Shown here piece after piece: positions 27,301-39,300 of a stretch of DNA of 64,000 bases (its first letter is position 1; the number at the start of each line of letters is the position of its first letter). A program made the translations under genes and the position numbers. Under the pieces are notes generated by a model, which made no database searches, was not told where the DNA came from, and saw only the letters and a program-made list of their open reading frames with translations. Source of the stretch: Malacoraja senta (Eukaryota); the NCBI GenBank assembly GCA_038087875.1, contig CM075999.1, forward strand, positions 808,001-872,000. Direction: 5' to 3'.

Positions 27301-30300
27301 ATTATCCTTTTTAACAACTGTGGAAATTGTTGAAAGATAAATGATTGAAAGGTTAAAATAATGTGTGTGTGCTACGCTATCCAGACCACTTTATGACAGA
27401 CAAGTTCATGAATTGATCTGCAACTTTCTAGACCAGTAGTGCTAGATACCTGAAATTATAGCCATACCCCAAATTTGAAAACAAATTCAAAAAGGCTCAA
27501 AAATAATGTAAAGCTCAATGAAAAGGGGAGGTTGCTAGGAAATGATTCAGCGTAATGGAAGTTCTCTGGTGAAAGATGCTCTAGTTCCAATAAAGTATGT
27601 AACAGACAAAACTATTGGATGCCAATATAATTGATTGCTCCTTTCCATCACACCGGCTCCCAAAATGTGCTTTCTATATTCCAGGTACAGGATACAAATT
27701 ATTCAGCAACAAGAGCTGTTTTTAACAATATTCTTCTGTTATTTATCTTAACAGCAATGGCACCCATTCCGACAATAAACCCCTTTGATTTTAATGTGAC
27801 CTTCACTGTAACTAACTTGGCCGCAACAAGAAGTTTACAAAATCCCAATTCACCATTGTACAAATCTGCAGCAAGAATTGTTGCTTTCCAGGTCAGTTGG
27901 CAAATTAGTGATTGATGTAATCCATTAATTACTTGTGGGTTTATTTCATCTTAAACTCCATATGTTGCTTTCCTACAGCTGGACCAACTGTTTCAAACCA
28001 GTAAGCTCAACAAAACGTTCTCCAGCTGCAAAGTTCTCTCATTCAGGTAAGGAATATTGATAATGATCCTGGTCAGTATTTGCTCCAATGTTGCATGTGA
28101 CTTTAATAAGGTAAATGACTCTGCAAAAGCATATACATTTCTGGTTGATAATCTACAATGGTGCTTCCAAATCGTCAATGTGCCAATTGCAAGATTGTGC
28201 ACAAGCTCATGAACATGCATTGATGCATCCTGAGGCATAATTGCATATCTGCACATCAGTTCGAGGCTTTGGACTACATCTGCATTGCCCTCAGGCACTG
28301 TCATCTACCCGAACAGAAGTTGGCCATAAGTACATCGAAGTTCTGTTACTGCATTGCCTGGGGGAAATTATACTTGATTAGGTTTCAGGCCATCAAGTGT
28401 TGTGGTGGATACTCACCTGAGAGAGATACTATCCATCATCAAAGCTCTCCCTTCAGACCTCCAGCACATTATCAAAAACAAATACAGTATTTCAATACAA
28501 TTTAATTTCTCATGCACACTACAATAGTTTGGCTATATTGGACTCTGCACAAAATAATCCAAACAAACTAATTCACAAATTGACATATGTTACCTGCAAA
28601 TGTGTTAGTCGTATCAGCCCGAACATTTCAGAATTAGGTCAGTGAAATGGATGATATCTTAAATTTTCCAAGTAAAAACTCAAAATCCTGTTTTATGATT
28701 TATTTACTCCACAACTAATTTATTGCAAGATTGCTCTGAATGTATTAAGGGCACCAGAGTGGTCTCTAATAATTCTTTTGGAAACAATTTTGATGCTCTG
28801 AACATTAATAGACAATAGGTGCAGGAGTAGGTCATTCGTCCCTTCGAGCCAGCACCCCCATTCAATGTGATCATGGCTGATCATCCCTAATCAGTACCCC
28901 ATTCCCGTCTTCTCCCCATATCCCCTGACTCCGTTATCTTTAAGAGACCTATCTAGCTCTCCCTTGAAAGTATCCAGAGAACCGGCCTCCTCTGCCCTCT
29001 GAGGCAGAGAATTCCACAGACTCACAACTCTCTGTGTGATTTTTTTTTCCTCATCTCCGTTCTAAATGGCTTACCCCTTATTCTTAAACAGTGGCCCCTG
29101 GTTCTGGACTACCCCAACATCGGGAACATGTTTCCTGCCTCTAGCGTGACCAAACCCATAATAATCTTATATGTTTCAATAAGATCCTCTCTCATCCTTC
29201 TAAATTCCAGAGTATACAAGCCCAGCCGCTCCATTCGCTCAGCATATGACAGTCCCGCCATCCCGGGAATTAACCTTGTAAACCTATGCTGCACTCCCTC
29301 AATAGCAAGAAAGCCCTTCCACAAATTAGGGGACCAAAACTACACGCAATACTCCAGGTGTGGTCTCACTAGGGCCCCATACAATTGCAGAAGGACCTCT
29401 TTGCTCCTTTACTCAATTCCTCTTGTTATGAAGGCCAACATGCCCTTCGCTTTCTTCACTGCCTGATGTACCTGCATGCTTACTTTAATTGTGTTTAAGA
29501 AGGAACTGCAGATGCTGGAAAATCGAAGGTACACAAAAATGCTGGAGAAACTCAGCGAGTGCAGCGGCATCTATGGAGCGAAGGAAATAGACAACGTTTC
29601 GGGCCGAAACCCTTCTTCAGACTGATGGGGGGTGGGGAGAAGAAGGGAAAAAAGCGGAGGAGGAGCCCGAGGGCTGAGGGATGGGAGGAGACAGCCCGAG
29701 GGCTGAGGAAGGGGAGGAGACAGCAAGGGCTAACAGAATAGGGAGAATTCAATGTTCATGCCCCCAGGATGCAGACTCCCCAGGCAGAATATGAGGTGCT
29801 GTTCCTCCAATTTCCGGTGTTGCTCGCTCTGGCCATGGAGGAGACCCAGGACAGAGAGGTCGGATACGGAATGGGAGGGGGAGTTGAAGTGCTGAGCCAC
29901 CGGGAGGTCAGGTTGGTTATTGCGGACCGAGCGGATGTGTTCGGTGAAACGATCGCCAAGCCTCCGCTTGATGCTTACTTTAATTGACATGAACAAGGAT
30001 CCCCAGATCCCTTTGTACTTCCCCTTTTCCCAAATTGACACAATTTAGATAATAATCTGCCTTCCTGTTTTTGCTACCAAAGTGGACAACCTCACATTTA
30101 TGCACATTAAACTGCATCTGCCCACTCACCCAACCTGTCCAAGTCACCCTGCATTCTCATAGCATCCTCCTTACAGTTCACACTGCCACCCTGCTTTGTG
30201 TCATCTGCAAATTTGCTAATGTTACTTTGAATCCCTTCATCTAAATCATTGATGTATATTGTAAATAGCTGCAGTCCCAGCACCGAGCCTTGCGGTACTC

Positions 30301-33300
30301 CACTAGTCACTGCCTGCCATTCTGCCATAGTAATTAAACACGTTGCTAAACACTTCACTAACTGTCCTTCTTACAACTTTGTTTGCTACTGATATAATTG
30401 CAGAGGTTCAAATCAGTTCACTGATGCAGGTTGAGCAGATGCATAATACTGTAGGATTTCAGCCCGACATCTTCTGTTATCGCAAAGTAACATATGGAAA
30501 GATCTGAGATGGTCTTCAAAATAACAATTCCTGATATACCATAATTGATTGTCTCTCCATCTATTTCACAGCCCAGAAAATATACAGGACACCAGAGTGT
30601 ATGCCAACTGCACTTTCAGAAATGACTCTGATCCTCAGAAAGTTAACAAGGTTAATGTGTACCGTGTGTTCAGAGACAAGACGAGCGGCATCTCCACCTT
30701 AGGGGCTTATTTACTGGACAGTAACAGCCTTTTCGTGAATGGTATGTATGAGTGAAAGGAATATTCTGTTTGCTTAGTTTAATTACATCTATCTGATCAC
30801 ATTGATAAAATGTCATGAAAGCAATCCATTTTGATCCTCGTAAAAGAGAATTTACATGTTATATATAAAACTGTTTTCAATTTTTCAGATTACCATGAAT
30901 CCACTTCTATAACCAGTGAGTACAGTTACTGTTTCTATTTTTACCTATCATTACCTTTTGTTTGAGGAGATGACCAAAGTGAATATTCTTTATTAAATAA
31001 TCACTAAAGTCAGTTGTAGCCTTGGTAGTAATGATGCACAATTGTGAATGTGAGATGTGACGATCCCATCCTTAACAATGATTTTGACATCACTGCTAGA
31101 CATGCCATTGCACGCTATCAGAGTCCATGCAATCCTGCATATCATTACTTACACTAGCAAAGTTGAGTACTGCAGTCACCCATTCCACGCATGTTTGCTG
31201 CAGCTTGCACTGTTTATGTGCTAAACTTTACTGCTTTGGGCAAAAACAAACATGTTTGTTTGTGCATACATACAGTTACAATGGAGTGTGTTGGTCATAG
31301 GCCTGCTGTGGTTGAACAATTGGCTACAATTGCAAACTCTGAGAATGTGCGTGAGACTTGGGACAGTGATTCAGTTGTGTACTGTTCTGACGACAAAGAT
31401 AGTCAGTAGATGGGTGATATATTGATCAGCATGTGAACCCATTAATGTGGTGAGTAAGAGAGATGTAATTGGAGCTTGCAGCCACTCCAAAGGACTTTAC
31501 ATTTTTGCAGAGTTGTATCCATGTTGTAGAGTTGTATCCATCTGGATATGTCACCCGTTTCCCGGTTCTGTCCAATAGACCCCCTAGTGCATTATGATTA
31601 ACCCTAACCATAACCTAATACATCAGTCATTATTATCCTTTTTAACAACTGTGGAAATTGTTGAAAGATAAATGATTGAAAGGTTAAAATAATGTGTGTG
31701 TGCTACGCTATCCAGACCACTTTATGACAGACAAGTTCATGAATTGATCTGCAACTTTCTAGACCAGTAGTGCTAGATACCTGAAATTATAGCCATACCC
31801 CAAATTTGAAAACAAATTCAAAAAGGCTCAAAAATAATGTAAAGCTCAATGAAAAGGGGAGGTTGCTAGGAAATGATTCAGCGTAATGGAAGTTCTCTGG
31901 TGAAAGATGCTCTAGTTCCAATAAAGTATGTAACAGACAAAACTATTGGATGCCAATATAATTGATTGCTCCTTTCCATCACACCGGCTCCCAAAATGTG
32001 CTTTCTATATTCCAGGTACAGGATACAAATTATTCAGCAACAAGAGCTGTTTTTAACAATATTCTTCTGTTATTTATCTTAACAGCAATGGCACCCATTC
32101 CGACAATAAACCCCTTTGATTTTAATGTGACCTTCACTGTAACTAACTTGGCCGCAACAAGAAGTTTACAAAATCCCAATTCACCATTGTACAAATCTGC
32201 AGCAAGAATTGTTGCTTTCCAGGTCAGTTGGCAAATTAGTGATTGATGTAATCCATTAATTACTTGTGGGTTTATTTCATCTTAAACTCCATATGTTGCT
32301 TTCCTACAGCTGGACCAACTGTTTCAAACCAGTAAGCTCAACAAAACGTTCTCCAGCTGCAAAGTTCTCTCATTCAGGTAAGGAATATTGATAATGATCC
32401 TGGTCAGTATTTGCTCCAATGTTGCATGTGACTTTAATAAGGTAAATGACTCTGCAAAAGCATATACATTTCTGGTTGATAATCTACAATGGTGCTTCCA
32501 AATCGTCAATGTGCCAATTGCAAGATTGTGCACAAGCTCATGAACATGCATTGATGCATCCTGAGGCATAATTGCATATCTGCACATCAGTTCGAGGCTT
32601 TGGACTACATCTGCATTGCCCTCAGGCACTGTCATCTACCCGAACAGAAGTTGGCCATAAGTACATCGAAGTTCTGTTACTGCATTGCCTGGGGGAAATT
32701 ATACTTGATTAGGTTTCAGGCCATCAAGTGTTGTGGTGGATACTCACCTGAGAGAGATACTATCCATCATCAAAGCTCTCCCTTCAGACCTCCAGCACAT
32801 TATCAAAAACAAATACAGTATTTCAATACAATTTAATTTCTCATGCACACTACAATAGTTTGGCTATATTGGACTCTGCACAAAATAATCCAAACAAACT
32901 AATTCACAAATTGACATATGTTACCTGCAAATGTGTTAGTCGTATCAGCCCGAACATTTCAGAATTAGGTCAGTGAAATGGATGATATCTTAAATTTTCC
33001 AAGTAAAAACTCAAAATCCTGTTTTATGATTTATTTACTCCACAACTAATTTATTGCAAGATTGCTCTGAATGTATTAAGGGCACCAGAGTGGTCTCTAA
33101 TAATTCTTTTGGAAACAATTTTGATGCTCTGAACATTAATAGACAATAGGTGCAGGAGTAGGTCATTCGTCCCTTCGAGCCAGCACCCCCATTCAATGTG
33201 ATCATGGCTGATCATCCCTAATCAGTACCCCATTCCCGTCTTCTCCCCATATCCCCTGACTCCGTTATCTTTAAGAGACCTATCTAGCTCTCCCTTGAAA

Positions 33301-36300
33301 GTATCCAGAGAACCGGCCTCCTCTGCCCTCTGAGGCAGAGAATTCCACAGACTCACAACTCTCTGTGTGATTTTTTTTTCCTCATCTCCGTTCTAAATGG
33401 CTTACCCCTTATTCTTAAACAGTGGCCCCTGGTTCTGGACTACCCCAACATCGGGAACATGTTTCCTGCCTCTAGCGTGACCAAACCCATAATAATCTTA
33501 TATGTTTCAATAAGATCCTCTCTCATCCTTCTAAATTCCAGAGTATACAAGCCCAGCCGCTCCATTCGCTCAGCATATGACAGTCCCGCCATCCCGGGAA
33601 TTAACCTTGTAAACCTATGCTGCACTCCCTCAATAGCAAGAAAGCCCTTCCACAAATTAGGGGACCAAAACTACACGCAATACTCCAGGTGTGGTCTCAC
33701 TAGGGCCCCATACAATTGCAGAAGGACCTCTTTGCTCCTTTACTCAATTCCTCTTGTTATGAAGGCCAACATGCCCTTCGCTTTCTTCACTGCCTGATGT
33801 ACCTGCATGCTTACTTTAATTGTGTTTAAGAAGGAACTGCAGATGCTGGAAAATCGAAGGTACACAAAAATGCTGGAGAAACTCAGCGAGTGCAGCGGCA
33901 TCTATGGAGCGAAGGAAATAGACAACGTTTCGGGCCGAAACCCTTCTTCAGACTGATGGGGGGTGGGGAGAAGAAGGGAAAAAAGCGGAGGAGGAGCCCG
34001 AGGGCTGAGGGATGGGAGGAGACAGCCCGAGGGCTGAGGAAGGGGAGGAGACAGCAAGGGCTAACAGAATAGGGAGAATTCAATGTTCATGCCCCCAGGA
34101 TGCAGACTCCCCAGGCAGAATATGAGGTGCTGTTCCTCCAATTTCCGGTGTTGCTCGCTCTGGCCATGGAGGAGACCCAGGACAGAGAGGTCGGATACGG
34201 AATGGGAGGGGGAGTTGAAGTGCTGAGCCACCGGGAGGTCAGGTTGGTTATTGCGGACCGAGCGGATGTGTTCGGTGAAACGATCGCCAAGCCTCCGCTT
34301 GATGCTTACTTTAATTGACATGAACAAGGATCCCCAGATCCCTTTGTACTTCCCCTTTTCCCAAATTGACACAATTTAGATAATAATCTGCCTTCCTGTT
34401 TTTGCTACCAAAGTGGACAACCTCACATTTATGCACATTAAACTGCATCTGCCCACTCACCCAACCTGTCCAAGTCACCCTGCATTCTCATAGCATCCTC
34501 CTTACAGTTCACACTGCCACCCTGCTTTGTGTCATCTGCAAATTTGCTAATGTTACTTTGAATCCCTTCATCTAAATCATTGATGTATATTGTAAATAGC
34601 TGCAGTCCCAGCACCGAGCCTTGCGGTACTCCACTAGTCACTGCCTGCCATTCTGCCATAGTAATTAAACACGTTGCTAAACACTTCACTAACTGTCCTT
34701 CTTACAACTTTGTTTGCTACTGATATAATTGCAGAGGTTCAAATCAGTTCACTGATGCAGGTTGAGCAGATGCATAATACTGTAGGATTTCAGCCCGACA
34801 TCTTCTGTTATCGCAAAGTAACATATGGAAAGATCTGAGATGGTCTTCAAAATAACAATTCCTGATATACCATAATTGATTGTCTCTCCATCTATTTCAC
34901 AGCCCAGAAAATATACAGGACACCAGAGTGTATGCCAACTGCACTTTCAGAAATGACTCTGATCCTCAGAAAGTTAACAAGGTTAATGTGTACCGTGTGT
35001 TCAGAGACAAGACGAGCGGCATCTCCACCTTAGGGGCTTATTTACTGGACAGTAACAGCCTTTTCGTGAATGGTATGTATGAGTGAAAGGAATATTCTGT
35101 TTGCTTAGTTTAATTACATCTATCTGATCACATTGATAAAATGTCATGAAAGCAATCCATTTTGATCCTCGTAAAAGAGAATTTACATGTTATATATAAA
35201 ACTGTTTTCAATTTTTCAGATTACCATGAATCCACTTCTATAACCAGTGAGTACAGTTACTGTTTCTATTTTTACCTATCATTACCTTTTGTTTGAGGAG
35301 ATGACCAAAGTGAATATTCTTTATTAAATAATCACTAAAGTCAGTTGTAGCCTTGGTAGTAATGATGCACAATTGTGAATGTGAGATGTGACGATCCCAT
35401 CCTTAACAATGATTTTGACATCACTGCTAGACATGCCATTGCACGCTATCAGAGTCCATGCAATCCTGCATATCATTACTTACACTAGCAAAGTTGAGTA
35501 CTGCAGTCACCCATTCCACGCATGTTTGCTGCAGCTTGCACTGTTTATGTGCTAAACTTTACTGCTTTGGGCAAAAACAAACATGTTTGTTTGTGCATAC
35601 ATACAGTTACAATGGAGTGTGTTGGTCATAGGCCTGCTGTGGTTGAACAATTGGCTACAATTGCAAACTCTGAGAATGTGCGTGAGACTTGGGACAGTGA
35701 TTCAGTTGTGTACTGTTCTGACGACAAAGATAGTCAGTAGATGGGTGATATATTGATCAGCATGTGAACCCATTAATGTGGTGAGTAAGAGAGATGTAAT
35801 TGGAGCTTGCAGCCACTCCAAAGGACTTTACATTTTTGCAGAGTTGTATCCATGTTGTAGAGTTGTATCCATCTGGATATGTCACCCGTTTCCCAGTTCT
35901 GTCCAATAGACCCCCTAGTGCATTATGATTAACCCTAACCATAACCTAATACATCAGTCATTATTATCCTTTTTAATAACTGTGGAAATTGTTGAAAGAT
36001 AAATGATTGAAAGGTTAAAATAATGTGTGTGTGCTACGCTATCCAGACCACTTTATGACAGACAAGTTCATGAATTGATCTGCAACTTGCTAGACCAGTA
36101 GTGCTAGATACCTGAAATTATAGCCATACCCCAAATTTGAAAACAAATTCAAAAAGGCTCAAAAATAATGTAAAGCTCAATGAAAAGGGGAGGTTGCTAG
36201 GAAATGATTCAGCGTAATGGAAGTTCTCTGGTGAAAGATGCTCTAGTTCCAATAAAGTATGTAACAGACAAAACTATTCGATGCCAATATAATTGATTGC

Positions 36301-39300
36301 TCCTTTCCATCACACCGGCTCCCAAAATGTGCTTTCTATATTCCAGGTACAGGATACAAATTATTCAGCAACAAGAGCTGTTTTTAACAATATTCTTCTG
36401 TTATTTATCTTAACAGCAATGGCACCCATTCCGACAATAAACCCCTTTGATTTTAATGTGACCTTCACTGTAACTAACTTGGCCGCAACAAGAAGTTTAC
36501 AAAATCCCAATTCACCATTGTACAAATCTGCAGCAAGAATTGTTGCTTTCCAGGTCAGTTGGCAAATTAGTGATTGATGTAATCCATTAATTACTTGTGG
36601 GTTTATTTCATCTTAAACTCCATATGTTGCTTTCCTACAGCTGGACCAACTGTTTCAAACCAGTAAGCTCAACAAAACGTTCTCCAGCTGCAAAGTTCTC
36701 TCATTCAGGTGAGGAATATTGATAATGATCCTGGTCAGTATTTGCTCCAATGTTGCATGTGACTTTAATAAGGTAAATGACACTGCAAAAGCATATACAT
36801 TTCTGGTTGATAATCTACAATGGTGCTTCCAAATCGTCAATGTGCCAATTGCAAGATTGTGCACAAGCTCATGAACATGCATTGATGCATCCTGAGGCAT
36901 AATTGCATATCTGCACATCAGTTTGAGGCTTTGGACTACATCTGCATTGCCCTCAGGCACTGTCATCTACCCGAACAGAAGTTGGCCATAAGTACATCGA
37001 AGTTCTGTTACTGCATTGCCTGGGGGAAATTATACTTGATTAGGTTTCAGGCCATCAAGTGTTGTTGTGGATACTCACCTGAGAGAGATACTATCCATCA
37101 TCAAAGCTCTCCCTTCAGACCTCCAGCACATTATCAAAAACAAATACAGTATTTCAGTACAATTTAATTTCTCATGCACACTACAATAGTTTGGCTATAT
37201 TGGACTCTGCACAAAATAATCCAAACAAACTAATTCACAAATTGACATATGTTACCTGCAAATGTGTTAGTCGTATCAGCCCGAACATTTCAGAATTAGG
37301 TCAGTGAAATGGACGATATCTTAAATTTTCCAAATAAAAACTCAAAATCCTGTTTGCTCCTATACTCAACTCCTCTTGTTATGAAGGCCAACATGCCATT
37401 CGCTTTCTTCATTGCCTGATGTACCTGCATGCTTACTTTAATTGACTGATGAACAAGGACCCCCAGATCCCTTTGTACTTCCCCTTTTCCCAACTTGACA
37501 CAATTTAGATAATAATCTGCCTTCCTGTTTTTGCTACCAAAGTGGACAACCTCACATTTATGCGCATTAAACTGCATCTGCCCACTCACCCAACCTGTCC
37601 AAGTCACCCTGCATTCTCATAACATCCTCCTTACAGTTCACACTGCCACCCAGCTTTGTGTCATCTGCAAATTTGCTAATGTTACTTTGAATCCTTTCAT
37701 CTAAATCATTGATGTGTATTGTAAATAGCTGCGGCCCCAGCACCAAGCCTTGCGGTACCCCACTAGTCACTGCCTGCCATTCTGCCATAATAACTAAACA
37801 CGTTGCTAAACACTTCACTAACAGTCCATATCCACGATGGTGGTTCAAAATCTTCTGTAAATGAAATGCATCATCTTGCAAAAAAATGTGGACATGCTGC
37901 CATGTCTGGTCATCAGTTTGAGACTTTGGTACCATCTGTAAGCACCTTGAATTATTCTATAAGTACCTAACAACAGCTGACAATGCTGTGCAATAATTTG
38001 CACTGAACTGCATAAAAAGATAATTTGATTATAGGAGTAAATGAGTCTTATTGCAATTGTGTAGTTTCTTAATGAGATCACACCTGGATCATTGTGCAGT
38101 TTTAGTCTTGTTACCTGAGAAAGTTATAAGTGCCATTAAGTTTCACCGGCTTGGTTCTTAGGATGCCAAATTTATTACATGAGGATACATTGAAAAGATT
38201 GGCACTAGTTTTTTTGGAGTTCAGAAGATATGAAGATGACATCAAAACTTAAAGAAATCCTAATAAGAATAAACAGGCAAAATATATGGAGGATATTTCC
38301 TTGGCTGAGGATTCTATGTCCTAGGGCACAGTGTAAAAATAAGGGCTAGGCTGATTACAACCAAGGTGAAGAAAAGTGATTTCAATCGTATGACGCAAAT
38401 TTAGAATTCTCGACAATGTAGAGCAGTGGAATCATGATCATTCAACTGGTTTGCTTCTGGGGGTAATTTTGAGAACATGGGTAAAATTGTGTTGATGGAT
38501 TGTTAAAGGTTATATAAGAACATCCATATTACTGTAAGTAAATTATTCATGTGAACAAATTAATTTCTCCTTAACAGTTTGAAAATCATGAAGTTTGATG
38601 ATTTGCTTAATCTACTGTCTATCTGTTGTAATACAAGCTGACCTTAACCTTAACACTAACCCTAATGCAAATATCAAGGATACCAGGTTGCTCTAAGTCA
38701 GCTTTCAAAACTGGGTTTGAAACTCTGGAGGTTACCAATATCTAAACATATCGGTTTGTACTTGTCAAACACTTTACCAGCAGCCCTATGTAAGACTTTA
38801 TTCTGTATTGATACAATAAAACTGGTTCAAATCAGTTTGAGGTTGCAGATTGAGCATGCAAGTAGCAGCAGTAACAGTTTGAGGAACTTCAGCCCCAGCA
38901 TCTTATTGCGAAAGAACATATGAGAAGTTGATGAGAAGGATTTCAAAATATTTTTGATTAATTTAATTGTTCGTTCATCTACTTCACAGTTCAGCAAATA
39001 TACAGGATACCAGGGTGCATGCAAACTGCACATTCAGGAATGATTCTGATCCTCGGGAAGTTAACATGGTTACTGCATACGGTGTGTTCAAAGAAAAGAC
39101 GGATGGCATCACATCTTTGAAAACATATTCACTGGACAGTAACAGTCTCTACGTGAATGGTATTTATGTTTAAATAAATATTCTGCTCTTTTACATTTAT
39201 TTTGGCAACAATAGATTAAAAAAAAATAGAGGCAATGAATTTTATTTCATGATAGCTTTCCATTTGATTTTAATCAAAAATTTCACAATTTCTAATTTTT

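Larger units (their letters stand above)
19023..37355 (+). repeat. Tandem array 2, 4331 bp unit, about 4.2 copies
   Basis: ORF-track entries recur at exactly +4331, including the intronic TEs. Confidence 0.97.

Noticed and set aside
19023..37355. Reading the arrays as tandem separate genes or a CRISPR-like array
   Set aside because: Units have no start or stop codons and no short repeat-spacer structure; they splice into one continuous ORF
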